Below are positions 9,693-19,881 of a stretch of DNA of 58,865 bases, piece by piece. Positions within the stretch are counted from its first letter, which is position 1; each line of letters starts with the position of its first letter. The DNA comes from an uncultured Actinomycetota bacterium. Lineage in GTDB: Bacteria; Actinomycetota; Humimicrobiia; Humimicrobiales; Humimicrobiaceae. The notes beneath the pieces are model-generated. The model was not told where the DNA came from. It worked only from the letters and a program-made list of their open reading frames with translations, and made no database searches. The translations under genes and the position numbers were made by a program. The stretch covers positions 1 to 58,865 of the forward strand of contig CAYGYY010000001.1 of the NCBI GenBank assembly GCA_964354265.1, read 5' to 3'.

Positions 9693-10292
9693 ATGCAAAA
9701 GAAGGAAAAAGCCGATAAGCGGAAAATAGATATACTTATGATTGATAATTATGATTCATTCACTTTCAACCTGGTGCAGTATCTTGGCATTCTTGGTGAA
9801 AACATCAAAGTCCGGAGGAATGACAGGATAAGTATAGATGGCATTGAAGCCATGTCCTGTGAGCAGATAGTGATATCACCTGGCCCGGGAAGACCGGAAA
9901 ATGCAGGGAATTCATGCCAGGTGATAAAAAGCTTCTACAGGTATACCCCAATACTTGGAGTCTGTCTTGGGCATCAGTGCATTGGCGAGGTCTTTGGAGC
10001 TAAGATAATTAATTCCGGAATCGTATTTCATGGGAAGACTTCCATGATTTATCATGACGGAAAGACTATTTTCAGCGGTGTAGAAAATCCTTTTGAGGCT
10101 GCAAGATATCATTCACTTATCATAGATCAGGAAAGCCTGCCTAATTGTTTTGAAATTTCAGCATGGACTGCAGATGGAATAATAATGGGTATAAGACATA
10201 AGGAATACAGGCTCGAAGGAGTACAGTTTCATCCTGAATCATTTCTTACAAGTTGCGGATTGCAAATACTCAGGAATTTTATAGGAAAATAA
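9693..10292 (+). CDS. pabA: Aminodeoxychorismate/anthranilate synthase component II (glutamine amidotransferase)
   Basis: 199 aa. IDNYDSFTFNL, GVCLGHQ and QFHPES. The true start could be the internal ATG near 9738. Confidence 0.85.
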   Translation: MQKKEKADKRKIDILMIDNYDSFTFNLVQYLGILGENIKVRRNDRISIDGIEAMSCEQIVISPGPGRPENAGNSCQVIKSFYRYTPILGVCLGHQCIGEVFGAKIINSGIVFHGKTSMIYHDGKTIFSGVENPFEAARYHSLIIDQESLPNCFEISAWTADGIIMGIRHKEYRLEGVQFHPESFLTSCGLQILRNFIGK

Positions 10293-10294
10293 AT

Positions 10295-11887
10295 ATGAAA
10301 ACAGTAATAACTGCCATACCTTTAAAGCTTGATAAGCCTGCCCAGGATATATTTTATGGCTTAAGCATCTCAAAAAAACACGACTTCATATGTTTTCTTG
10401 ACAGCAGCCTTGTCCCGAATAAATACTCCAATTTTTCTTATCTTGCATGGGAACCTGATTTTGCAGTAAGAAGCTGGGGCAGTAAAAACGAATTTTTAAA
10501 TTTGAAGCCTGGCTATTTAACTGAAGTTCTTAATGGCAGGAATAAAACTTTAAAAGCTGACTATGATAACCCGCTGGCTTTTTTGCGTAAAATACTTAAT
10601 GAGAATCAGGCTGAAAAAACAGAAAAATATTTTATCGAACAAACTGGTTCCTGTAATAATGGACAATATAAAATAAGCAGGCAAAAAAATAAAAAAAATC
10701 CCGCTTATCCTGATTTTACGGGAGGGTTTATTGGTTATTTTTCCTATGACCTGAAAAATTTTATTGAATCACTGCCTTCAAACGCTGTAAAAGATGTTGA
10801 ATTACCGGTTTTTTACCTTGTTTTTTATTCAAGATTAATTGCGTTTAACCATAAAACTAATACATGGCTGTTTATCAAGTCTTACATTACAGAAGATGGC
10901 TTTAATGGAGGCCTGCCTGAAAAAATTGTGAAGGATATAATAAAAGAAAAGAAGCAGGCATACTTATACCTCGATAGTATCCAAAAAAATATAGAACATG
11001 ATTTAAAAAGACATATTGCGCAGAAATACAATAAAAACAAAACCGGTGATCTTAAGCTTTTGTCAAATTTTTCAAAACCTGATTACCTGAGTGCAGTAAT
11101 AAAAGCAAAAAAGCACATTCATAATGGGGATATTTACCAGGTCAATATGACACAGAGGTTTGCCTGCCAGCTTGATGTGGAGCCTGCTGATCTTTATTAT
11201 ATACTCAGGCTCAAGAATCCTGCGCCGTTTTCAGCCTTTTTTGGCTTTCCCGGATTTTCTATTGGAAGCTCATCTCCTGAAAGATTTCTTTACCTTAAAG
11301 GAAGAAAAATACAGACAAGACCTATAAAGGGCACAAGACCAAGGGGTTTAAACCATTTTGAGGACATCGCCAATGCAAAGGAACTATCGGAGAGCGCCAA
11401 AGACAGGGCTGAGTTAAATATGATAGTCGACCTTGAAAGAAATGATTTGGGAAGATTTTGTCAATACGGAACAGTTTCTGTCAATGAGCATGCTGTTATA
11501 GAAAAATATGCCAGGGTTTTACACCTGGTCTCAACTGTATCAGGACAGGTAAGGAAAGGCCATGATATTGTTGACATACTAAAAGCAACTTTTCCCGGCG
11601 GTTCAATAACAGGAGCGCCAAAAATAAGGGCTATGGAAATAATAGACACTCTGGAGCCGGTATCAAGAAATATATATACAGGTTCTCTGGGTTATATCGG
11701 CATTGACGGCACGATGGATTTGAATATTGTAATAAGGACGTTCATTATAAAAGGCAAAGATTTTTATTATAATGTTGGGGGAGGAATAGTAGAAGATTCC
11801 GATCCAGAGAGTGAATACACGGAAACTCTTGATAAGGGTGTTGCTTTAAAAGAGACGCTTGAATTTTTTACAGGCAGCCGGTATTAG
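10295..11887 (+). CDS. pabB: Aminodeoxychorismate synthase component I
   Basis: Chorismate-binding motifs PGGSITGAPK and GGGIV. I chose the ATG at 10295 (MKTV), 2 nt after the pabA stop, over the longer 10253 ORF. Confidence 0.85.
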   Translation: MKTVITAIPLKLDKPAQDIFYGLSISKKHDFICFLDSSLVPNKYSNFSYLAWEPDFAVRSWGSKNEFLNLKPGYLTEVLNGRNKTLKADYDNPLAFLRKILNENQAEKTEKYFIEQTGSCNNGQYKISRQKNKKNPAYPDFTGGFIGYFSYDLKNFIESLPSNAVKDVELPVFYLVFYSRLIAFNHKTNTWLFIKSYITEDGFNGGLPEKIVKDIIKEKKQAYLYLDSIQKNIEHDLKRHIAQKYNKNKTGDLKLLSNFSKPDYLSAVIKAKKHIHNGDIYQVNMTQRFACQLDVEPADLYYILRLKNPAPFSAFFGFPGFSIGSSSPERFLYLKGRKIQTRPIKGTRPRGLNHFEDIANAKELSESAKDRAELNMIVDLERNDLGRFCQYGTVSVNEHAVIEKYARVLHLVSTVSGQVRKGHDIVDILKATFPGGSITGAPKIRAMEIIDTLEPVSRNIYTGSLGYIGIDGTMDLNIVIRTFIIKGKDFYYNVGGGIVEDSDPESEYTETLDKGVALKETLEFFTGSRY

Positions 11888-11919
11888 ATTTTATTGAAAA
11901 ATCATGTAATATTATTGAT

Positions 11920-12816
11920 ATGGCAGAATTTATTTATATAAATGGAAGACATTACCGTTCTTCACATGCTTTGATTTCAGTTAATGATGCAGGTTTTTTG
12001 TATGGAGACGGCTTATATGAAACACTGCGCGGTTATTCCGGTAATTTATTTGCTTTTGATATGCACCTGGAGCGTTTGTTCAGTTCAATGCAGCAGTTGG
12101 GTTATAACCCGGATTTTAACAGGGAAGACATAAAAAATGCGACACACAAGCTTTTATCAGCAAATGGCCTATTGAATGCAGACTCTTACATAAAGATCAT
12201 TGTGACAAGAAATAGTTATGAAAAAAGATTTGCTTTCAGTTATTCAATTAAACCCTGTCTGGTCATAATTGCAAGGACATTGACCCCGTACGCAGCAGAA
12301 TTTTATGAAAATGGCATTGATGTCTTTTCAACCTCAATTAGAAGACCGGCTATGGGCAATGATATGTACAGGCATAAACTTTTAAGTTATTTTGAGAATA
12401 TTTATGCTAAAAATGAAGCATATTCAAATCAGGCCCAGGAAGCTTTTTTTATAACCAGGGACAGAGCCATACTTGAAGGGGCATCTTCAAATATTTTTAT
12501 GGTAAAAGATTCAAAGGTGTTTACAACGCCACTGAGCCAGAATATCCTGCCGGGTATAACAAGAAAAACAGTAATAGATATATGCAGGGATTATAAAATA
12601 GCAATTAGTGAAAAGAGGCTCCACTATTACAATCTGATGGAAGCAGACGAGATTTTTATAACCAGCGCAATCATGGAAATAATGCCTGTCAGGAAAGTGG
12701 ATTCACATAAAATAAGTAATGCAAAGATGCCGGGAACCGTAACTAAGACCATCTCCGATATATATAAAAGTAAAACTTCCTTGCAGGGACTGCTGAAAAA
12801 CTATGAAGTGATTTGA
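11920..12816 (+). CDS. pabC: Class IV aminotransferase, probable aminodeoxychorismate lyase
   Basis: 298 aa, fold-type IV pattern (GDGLYET, EGASSNIF). Assigned to pabC by context after pabAB. Confidence 0.65.
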   Translation: MAEFIYINGRHYRSSHALISVNDAGFLYGDGLYETLRGYSGNLFAFDMHLERLFSSMQQLGYNPDFNREDIKNATHKLLSANGLLNADSYIKIIVTRNSYEKRFAFSYSIKPCLVIIARTLTPYAAEFYENGIDVFSTSIRRPAMGNDMYRHKLLSYFENIYAKNEAYSNQAQEAFFITRDRAILEGASSNIFMVKDSKVFTTPLSQNILPGITRKTVIDICRDYKIAISEKRLHYYNLMEADEIFITSAIMEIMPVRKVDSHKISNAKMPGTVTKTISDIYKSKTSLQGLLKNYEVI

Positions 12817-12930
12817 CATCCAATCGGGCAATATGTATATAATATAATATTCATGTTGGCAGCGTTTCAAATTTTTTTATTCAATTTGTAAAAAAGTATT
12901 TTTATATCAATAAAACGGAAAAGAGTTTTA

Positions 12931-13470
12931 ATGCGTAAATTCAATAATATACTTGAAATAATCACTCACAGGAGGAGTATAAGGTCTTATGACCCAAGGG
13001 AAATAGAGCCTGAAAAAATTGAATACATACTTGATGCTTTCAGGAAAGCTCCTTCAGCAAAAAATATTCAACCCTGGAAACTTATCATTGTTAAAGAAAA
13101 GAACAAGAAAATCGATCTTTCCATTGCATGCAATAATCAGCCTTTTATTGCAGAAGCTCCTTTAATAATTGTAGCATGCGCAAATGAAGAAGAAGCTTAT
13201 GGTACAATGGGCGGTTATATGAGCAGCTACCCAGTAGATATTGCTATCGCTCTTGAGCATCTCATGCTGGCAGCGACTGAAACGGGTCTTGGAACATGCT
13301 GGATAGGCGCCTTTAAGGAAAATCTGGTCAAAGGCATCATGGGAGTACCGGATAATATAAGGGTAGTAGCACTTACTCCCATTGGATATCCAGGACCAAA
13401 TGCTGAAACTCCAAAGCGAGGCAGAAAATCCATTTCTGAAGTGGTCTGCTATGAAAAATATGCTGATTAA
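12931..13470 (+). CDS. Nitroreductase family protein
   Basis: 179 aa. HRRSIRSY, PSAKNIQPW and GTCWIG. Confidence 0.85.
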   Translation: MRKFNNILEIITHRRSIRSYDPREIEPEKIEYILDAFRKAPSAKNIQPWKLIIVKEKNKKIDLSIACNNQPFIAEAPLIIVACANEEEAYGTMGGYMSSYPVDIAIALEHLMLAATETGLGTCWIGAFKENLVKGIMGVPDNIRVVALTPIGYPGPNAETPKRGRKSISEVVCYEKYAD

Positions 13471-13565
13471 TTTAAATTATCCATCCAGTATGATTTCCTG
13501 GTTTTTTACGTAACGTTTTTGCATTTTTTTATCATTAATTAATAAATAACTTTTTCGATTCTGAA

Positions 13566-16193
13566 ATGGAAGTAATTGCTACCCATGTAAGTTCAGACTT
13601 TGACTCTTTTGCAGGTATGATAGCTGCAAAAAAGATATATCCAGAAGCAGTTATATTACTGCCAAGTTCCATAAATTCAAATGTAAGAAAATTCATTGCA
13701 CTTCATGAAGATGGTCTTCCTGTTTTAAAAGAACCCGGCGATGTGGACCTTAAAGCAATTAAGAAGATAATAATGGTTGATACAAAAATACCTTCAAGGC
13801 TCGGGTTCTTAAAAGAAATAATTGATTCAAAAAAAGTAGGGGTAATAATATTTGACCATCACCAGAAATCCAGTGAGGATATTGAGTATGGAGCGGATTT
13901 TACAAGGAATTTCGGCGCCACAACTTCAATACTTGTAGATATTATAAAAAAAAGAAAGATAGGCATAACCCCGCTGGAAGCAACACTTTTTTCCCTGGGT
14001 ATTTATGAAGATACCGGTTCATTTACATTTCCCGGTACAACATATAAAGATTTTGAGGCTGCAGCTTTCCTTAAAAAACAAGGTGCTAACCATTTTGTGA
14101 TTTCTAAATTTTTAAATCTATCGCTGACTGCTGAACAGCACAGGCTTTTAGAAAAGCTTATATCAAACTTGAAAAAATTAAAAATATATGAGACCGAAGT
14201 CATATTTTCAAGCGCAGAGACCGAGCGTTTTATAGAAGGCCTTTCAGTGCTTACAAGGAAACTTGGCCAAATAGAGGATGTCGATATAGTTTTTTGCTGG
14301 GTAAAGATGAAAGATAAGATATACGTTGTAGGACGCAGCGAAGATAACAGGATGGATGTTTCAAAAGTGCTGGAATCAATAGGAGGAGGAGGGCACTCAC
14401 AAGCATCTTCCGCAGTTATAAGAGACATGGACTTTGAAGAGATTGAAAAAAAGGTGATGTCTGCGCTTCACAGAAACATATTAAAACCTGTGCTTGCAAA
14501 GGATATAATGTCTTATCCGATAAGGACCGTCGGCGAGGACGAAAGCATTGCAAAAGTAAGCGAGCTGCTGAAAAAATATGGCCATACCGGTATCCCTATA
14601 GTTGACCATGAAAATAACCTTGCCGGAATAATAACAAGGAAAGATATTGACAAAGCCATAAAACACGGGCTTTCCCATGCGCCAGTTAAAGGTTTTAAAT
14701 CCCACGGAATAGTAACAACCGGTCCTTCTTCTACAATTGATGAGATACAGCGGCTCATGATTGAAAACGGGATAGGCAGGATTCCTATTGTCTCAAAAGG
14801 TGAAGTGGTGGGAATAGTCACAAGGAAGGATGTGCTGAGGTTTTTGCACGGGAGGGATTACCTGAAATATCCCGAAAAATATAAACCTGGTTTTGATTAT
14901 AATTTTTCTGCTGCTGAGATAAAAGACAGGTTGTACAGCCTTTTCCCTGAAAGGATAACACAAATTCTTGAGACTGTTTCAGCTATTGCAAAAGAATTGA
15001 AAATGAAAGCTTTTCTGGTCGGAGGGGTTGTCCGGGATTTATTGCTGGGTATTCCGAATCTTGATATAGATATAGTAATAGAGGGCGATGGCATATTTTT
15101 TGCAAAAAGGCTCTCCGAAATGCTTGGCGCAAAGCTGGACTCGCATGAAAAATTTAAGACTGCAGTGGTTGTTCTTGATAATGGTCAGCATATCGATATA
15201 GCGTCTTCGCGCATAGAATATTATGAAAAACCGGCGGCCCTGCCGAATGTGGAGCCAGGAAGCATCAGGCAGGATCTTGCTAGAAGGGATTTTACAATCA
15301 ATACGCTTGCGCTTTCTCTTGGAAGGAGAAATTTTGGCGAAATAATGGATTTTTTTGGAGGCAGGAAAGACCTTGCGCAAAAACGCATAAAAATCCTTCA
15401 TAAACTCAGCTTCATTGAAGACCCTACGCGGATTTTTCGCGCAGTCAGGTTTGAACAGCGCCTTGGCTTTAAAATGGATAGCTATACGGAGAAACTCGCA
15501 ATGTCGACAATCGAGATGAATATAGTATCTGAACTGATTGGGATAAGAATAAGGGATGAGCTTATATCAATTATGCAGGAAAACAGCCCATGGGTTACAT
15601 TAAGAAGGCTCTATGATCTTAAAGCATTAAAAAAAATTGGTATCGATGCAGATATTAACGAGAATTTTATAAAACTTATAAAAAAAGCGCTTGATAAGTT
15701 TGAAAATCTTTCTGCTTATCTTGAGGAAGAGTGTGAAGTATGGAGACTCATTATCATACTTCTGCTCGCAGGTAAAAAACCTGAAATCGTAGAAAAATGG
15801 TGCCTTGATATGAAAATAAAAAATAAAGATATGCTGGTTATACGGGATTCTATAGCAAGTCTGGAACAATTAAAAAAAGAGCTTGACCATAGGGTTGTAA
15901 GAAACTCATATCTTTACAGAATTTTAAAGAATACTCCTGGGGAGCTTAAAATACTGCTCAGCACATTAAGCAAAAACCATTATGATAACATATTAAGATA
16001 TTTGACAAGGTTAGTGCATATAAAGCTTGAAATAACTGGAAATGACCTTAAGTCGATGCGCTTTAAGCCTTCCAGGGGATATAAATTAGTCTTTGACATG
16101 ATACTGGATAAAAAGCTTGATGGATGCATCAAAAAAAGGGAAGAGGAGTTCGAAATGGCAAAGCAGCTACTTTCAGAATTTGAAAGAATTTAA
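13566..16193 (+). CDS. DHH/DHHA1 phosphoesterase - tandem CBS - class II nucleotidyltransferase (CCA-adding/polyA polymerase family) fusion
   Basis: 875 aa. N-terminal DHH (FDHH, GGGGHSQA), two CBS modules, then GGVVRDLLLG..DIDIV..RRDFTIN head domain. Confidence 0.85.
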   Translation: MEVIATHVSSDFDSFAGMIAAKKIYPEAVILLPSSINSNVRKFIALHEDGLPVLKEPGDVDLKAIKKIIMVDTKIPSRLGFLKEIIDSKKVGVIIFDHHQKSSEDIEYGADFTRNFGATTSILVDIIKKRKIGITPLEATLFSLGIYEDTGSFTFPGTTYKDFEAAAFLKKQGANHFVISKFLNLSLTAEQHRLLEKLISNLKKLKIYETEVIFSSAETERFIEGLSVLTRKLGQIEDVDIVFCWVKMKDKIYVVGRSEDNRMDVSKVLESIGGGGHSQASSAVIRDMDFEEIEKKVMSALHRNILKPVLAKDIMSYPIRTVGEDESIAKVSELLKKYGHTGIPIVDHENNLAGIITRKDIDKAIKHGLSHAPVKGFKSHGIVTTGPSSTIDEIQRLMIENGIGRIPIVSKGEVVGIVTRKDVLRFLHGRDYLKYPEKYKPGFDYNFSAAEIKDRLYSLFPERITQILETVSAIAKELKMKAFLVGGVVRDLLLGIPNLDIDIVIEGDGIFFAKRLSEMLGAKLDSHEKFKTAVVVLDNGQHIDIASSRIEYYEKPAALPNVEPGSIRQDLARRDFTINTLALSLGRRNFGEIMDFFGGRKDLAQKRIKILHKLSFIEDPTRIFRAVRFEQRLGFKMDSYTEKLAMSTIEMNIVSELIGIRIRDELISIMQENSPWVTLRRLYDLKALKKIGIDADINENFIKLIKKALDKFENLSAYLEEECEVWRLIIILLLAGKKPEIVEKWCLDMKIKNKDMLVIRDSIASLEQLKKELDHRVVRNSYLYRILKNTPGELKILLSTLSKNHYDNILRYLTRLVHIKLEITGNDLKSMRFKPSRGYKLVFDMILDKKLDGCIKKREEEFEMAKQLLSEFERI

Positions 16194-16209
16194 AATCAGT
16201 ATTGAATTA

Positions 16210-16238
16210 TTGCATAATATTTAATATTATTGTATAAT
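16210..16238 (+). promoter_or_regulatory. Putative sigma70-type promoter upstream of argJ
   Basis: TTGCAT (16210-16215), a 17 nt spacer, then TATAAT (16233-16238). Confidence 0.4.
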
Positions 16239-16310
16239 ATACAAAACTTTATAAAGAATAATAAAAAACCCCGGAATTGACAACCCCGGCATTTATAATT
16301 AAGGCAGGAT

Positions 16311-17567
16311 ATGCAGGGAAATATGAAACAAGTAATACAGAAGGAAGCATCTGGAATAATACATGTCGAAAAAGGTACGATAACTTCAGTGCCTGGAGTT
16401 TTTACTTCATCATGCCACTGCGGAATCAGGAAAATTAAAGAGGATTTTAGCGTTATATTTGTTCCTGGGCATACTGTATGCAGTGGGGTTTTTACCACAA
16501 ATAAATTTTCTGCTGCTCCTGTAATAGTCTCAAAACAGCAATTGGCAAAAAATAGGAATATAAATGCCATCATTATAAACAGCGGCATAGCAAATGCATG
16601 TACAGGCAACCAGGGCATTAAAAATGCAAAAGCAACTCTCTGTCTTGCAGCCCAATACCTGAAAATACCCTGGGAGAATGTACTTGTTTCCTCTACTGGA
16701 AGAATAGGCAGGCAATTGCCTCTTGATAAGATTGAGAGAGGCCTTGAATACTGCAGCAGGCATTTAAGCCATGAAGGCGGGCATAACACTGCAAAGGCGA
16801 TTTTAACTATAGATAGACATCCAAAAGAGCATGCCTTGCAGTTTACGCATGAAGGCGCAGAGATTTTTTTGGGTGGGATCGCAAAGGGTTCAGTTATGGT
16901 GGAACCAAATATGGCTACAACCCTTTCATTTATAACGACAAATGCAAAAATCGACCATAAGCTTCTTGACGAGTTGCTTTTTGAATGCGTGGACCTGACT
17001 TTCAACTGCATATCAACTGATGGCTGCCAGAGTACAAATGATATGGCGCTGATTATTGCAAATGGGGAAAGCGGTATTGAGGTCACTAAGGAAAATAAAA
17101 GGCTCTATAATACTTTCAAGCAGGGGCTTTTCATGATGCTTGAGAGCCTTTCTATAAAAGTAGTTGAAGATGGCGAAGGCGCAACAAAGGTTATAGAAAT
17201 AAGAATAACTGGTGCAAAGGATAAAAATGAAGCAAGGGGGATTGGAAAAAAAGTAGCTAATTCAATACTATTCAAAGCTGCAATGTATGGCGAAGACATT
17301 AATTGGGGAAGGATAGCAGCAGCTATCGGCTCTTTTGAAAATAATATAGATACTGACAGCATTGATATTTCCTGCGGTGATGTCTGTGTGATGAAATCCG
17401 GAATGTCGGTGGAATTTGACGAGGAACATGCAAACAGGCTTTTAAAGGAAAGGCAAATAAGCTTTAACATAATAGTTGGTAATGGGGAGGGCTCTGCAAG
17501 AATATTGACAAATGATATAACCTATGAATACATAAAGCTCAATGCTTTCTATAAAAAGCAGCAGTAG
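16311..17567 (+). CDS. argJ: Bifunctional glutamate N-acetyltransferase / amino-acid acetyltransferase
   Basis: 418 aa. Autoprocessing site PNMATTL and INWGRI. An alternative start is the ATG at 16323. Confidence 0.9.
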   Translation: MQGNMKQVIQKEASGIIHVEKGTITSVPGVFTSSCHCGIRKIKEDFSVIFVPGHTVCSGVFTTNKFSAAPVIVSKQQLAKNRNINAIIINSGIANACTGNQGIKNAKATLCLAAQYLKIPWENVLVSSTGRIGRQLPLDKIERGLEYCSRHLSHEGGHNTAKAILTIDRHPKEHALQFTHEGAEIFLGGIAKGSVMVEPNMATTLSFITTNAKIDHKLLDELLFECVDLTFNCISTDGCQSTNDMALIIANGESGIEVTKENKRLYNTFKQGLFMMLESLSIKVVEDGEGATKVIEIRITGAKDKNEARGIGKKVANSILFKAAMYGEDINWGRIAAAIGSFENNIDTDSIDISCGDVCVMKSGMSVEFDEEHANRLLKERQISFNIIVGNGEGSARILTNDITYEYIKLNAFYKKQQ

Positions 17568-17583
17568 ATGTAAATAAATCTAC

Positions 17584-17600
17584 CCGGATAATTAATCCGG
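17584..17600. terminator. Weak hairpin between convergent argJ and the activase gene
   Basis: CCGGAT-AATTA-ATCCGG, with a short T run 3 nt downstream on the + strand. Confidence 0.25.
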
Positions 17601-17607
17601 AATGTTT

Positions 17608-18378
17608 TTAGCCCAGGAGCGCAGCTCCAAGCGCGCCAGTTATTTGCGGTTCTGCAGGAACATTTATTTTAAGGTTTAACCTTTCTTCAAGCGCATTTAC
17701 TACTGCCAGGTTTTTTGCAACCCCACCAGTCATGCATACGGGCTCTTCAAGGCCGATTCTTTCAACCATTGATATTATTCTGTCTGTAATGGAATAAACC
17801 AGGCCTTTTACTATTTTGTTCTTCTCGATTCCGTGTCCTATAAGCGAAACAATCTCGGATTCTGCGAAAACTGTGCAGGTTGAAGAAATATCGACCCTTT
17901 CTGGTGTATTTTTAAAAATAGAAGCAAAATCTGTAATCTCGATATCAAGGGCTTTTGCCATCACTTCCAGAAACCTGCCTGTCCCGGCTGCGCATTTATC
18001 ATTCATCAGAAAGTCAATCGGGCTGCCCTTGCTGTCCAGCTTAATTACTTTGCTGTCCTGTCCTCCTATATCTATTACTGTTTTAGTGTCAGGAAAAAAA
18101 TTGATAACTCCTCTTGCATGACAGCTTATCTCAGTTATATTCTTTGTCGCAAAAGGAATATTCAATCGCCCATAGCCAGTAGCGACAATTGCTTCAACAG
18201 AACCCCTCTCCAGGCCGGACTTTTGCAAAGCTTCTTCAAATACTCTTGTCGCTGCTTCCTGGCTGTCTCCGCCTGTTGGAGCTATCACATAGGCAGAAAT
18301 ATCAAACCTGCCTTCTATTCTGTCAAGGATGACAGCTTCTGCCGATACGGAACCTACATCTATACCGCATGTAATCAT
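17608..18378 (-). CDS. 2-hydroxyacyl-CoA dehydratase activase (BcrA/BadF/HgdC-type ATPase)
   Basis: 256 aa. CGIDVGS, DIGGQD, and the cluster-bridging Cys motifs NDKCAAGTGRF and STCTVFAESE. Confidence 0.9.
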   Translation of the reverse strand: MITCGIDVGSVSAEAVILDRIEGRFDISAYVIAPTGGDSQEAATRVFEEALQKSGLERGSVEAIVATGYGRLNIPFATKNITEISCHARGVINFFPDTKTVIDIGGQDSKVIKLDSKGSPIDFLMNDKCAAGTGRFLEVMAKALDIEITDFASIFKNTPERVDISSTCTVFAESEIVSLIGHGIEKNKIVKGLVYSITDRIISMVERIGLEEPVCMTGGVAKNLAVVNALEERLNLKINVPAEPQITGALGAALLG

Positions 18379-18428
18379 TTCATACCTTTCAAACTTTCAG
18401 TTTTAAAACAAGATTTGAAATATTTTTT

Positions 18429-18456
18429 AACCTGGAACATTTTATTACTCCAGGTT
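18429..18456 (-). other. Intercistronic stem-loop between the dehydratase subunit and activase genes
   Basis: AACCTGGA (18429-18436) pairs with TCCAGGTT (18449-18456), 12 nt loop. No U-tract follows in the coding (minus) orientation. Confidence 0.3.
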
Positions 18457-18483
18457 ATTTTTTATACTGTAAATATGCTGGTA

Positions 18484-19842
18484 TCAATAGTGTCTGCCGT
18501 TGACTATCTCAATAAAGCCCTGAAGTCTTGTTATAATCTGTCCTTCAGAAGAATTGTTCTTGTTAATGCAGTCGCCATCCAGCACAAGCATCGGGATATC
18601 TATTTTTTTCAGGCTATCTTTCAATATCCTTGCGCCTCCGTTGCTGTGTCTGCAACCCCAGTGCGAAAATAATATTACACCATCGATTGAATAGTCTGCA
18701 GCCATTTTCAATATTGCATTTACCCTGTTATCCAGGCTGCCGTTTAAGGGGTTGGATAATATCTTGGTTGCAAGGCTTTCAAAAGGCTTCCCGGGGTCAA
18801 GCTCAGGCCAGTAAACATTATTGATCTCTTCAAACACAACTATATAATTATTTTCATTAAGCATTGTAAAGATATTATTCTTATAATAGGGCTTCAGGTG
18901 CAGCCACAGGATCTTTTTACTTTTTCCAAACCTGCCTGCCGAAGGGATATCTCTACTGGCGTTATCCGGAACATTTACTCCTTTTGAATTTTTTAACAGG
19001 ATGTTTTCCTGCGTGTCCAGGAAATTTTTTAATTCTTTATAGATATTTTTATATAGCGTAACTGCCTCCCTTGTTCCTGCCAGGCCATAAAAAGGAAGAA
19101 TGTAATTTAAGCCATTGAAATTTTTTGGGTAATATAAGAGTTTTTTTCTAACCTCATTTGCCTTTAGTGCCCAGTGCCTGAACTCATTTGATAACCTGAT
19201 AGTTGAAGCGAACCTATCCATATCCAGGCTACGGTTAAGTTTGCGGGAAATATCGATGCTTATCTTTTCAATTTGTTTTGCAAGCAAACTGACAGACTTT
19301 GTCCCTTTATTGTATGGTACATCAATAAGGTAAAAATTATCTTCAATCCCGAATTTTTTTGCATCGATATAAAAAGTTTTTTGCGCTGCGTCACACGCAA
19401 CATTGGCGCATATTATGAACCGGGGCTCAGGAAAAAGATCCATTTCTACTGCGCCTGATGCGCTTCTGTGAAATGTGCATAGATCGGGTGTATACCACCT
19501 GGAGGAGGCTTCTTTAAGCGTCTTGTCGGCAAGTCCCATTCCTCCCGTAAAACCGCCTATTACTTCAGGGAGGAAAGGGACAAGGCCAAGAGCATGAAAA
19601 AGTTCAAAAGGCAAAAACAGCGAGCCATATGCAACCGGAAATTTTCCGCTATATGCTTTTTGAAGGCTCCTTATGCTGGCTATATTTAAATATTTATCTG
19701 ATACCGAAGAAAAAGTAGCGCCATATGCAAGCATCAAAGGCTTTACAGAAATGATGTTCAGTATTTTGCTGATATTTTGCCTGTCAAGGTTATTCTGCAG
19801 CTTCAATTTTATATTCTCTTTTATTTTTTCTGTTGTGCCCAT
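18484..19842 (-). CDS. 2-hydroxyacyl-CoA dehydratase family subunit (HgdA-like D-component)
   Basis: 452 aa. CTFHRS, ACDAAQK, HWGCRH and C-terminal TRLQGFIE are typical of the HGD-D family. Confidence 0.85.
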   Translation of the reverse strand: MGTTEKIKENIKLKLQNNLDRQNISKILNIISVKPLMLAYGATFSSVSDKYLNIASIRSLQKAYSGKFPVAYGSLFLPFELFHALGLVPFLPEVIGGFTGGMGLADKTLKEASSRWYTPDLCTFHRSASGAVEMDLFPEPRFIICANVACDAAQKTFYIDAKKFGIEDNFYLIDVPYNKGTKSVSLLAKQIEKISIDISRKLNRSLDMDRFASTIRLSNEFRHWALKANEVRKKLLYYPKNFNGLNYILPFYGLAGTREAVTLYKNIYKELKNFLDTQENILLKNSKGVNVPDNASRDIPSAGRFGKSKKILWLHLKPYYKNNIFTMLNENNYIVVFEEINNVYWPELDPGKPFESLATKILSNPLNGSLDNRVNAILKMAADYSIDGVILFSHWGCRHSNGGARILKDSLKKIDIPMLVLDGDCINKNNSSEGQIITRLQGFIEIVNGRHY

Positions 19843-19881
19843 AATGCCTCGAGTTATCCTCCGGGGTTTTAATCGGGTAAA

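Noticed and set aside
16201-16218. ARG-box-like sequence ATTGAATTATTGCATAAT overlapping the argJ -35
   Set aside because: Only the left half (TGAAT) matches the TNTGAATWWWWATTCANW consensus. The right arm fails 4 of 5 positions.
16196-17086. 296 aa ORF antisense to argJ, strikingly long for an AT-rich genome
   Set aside because: It lies entirely inside, and opposite to, a well-supported argJ. The composition is Cys/Phe/Ser-rich and low complexity. It has no SD or recognisable domain, and its 5' half mirrors the argJ codon phase. I treat it as a shadow ORF.
18118-18672. 184 aa + strand ORF spanning the activase/dehydratase junction
   Set aside because: It overlaps two confident minus-strand genes and has no motif or ribosome-binding site.
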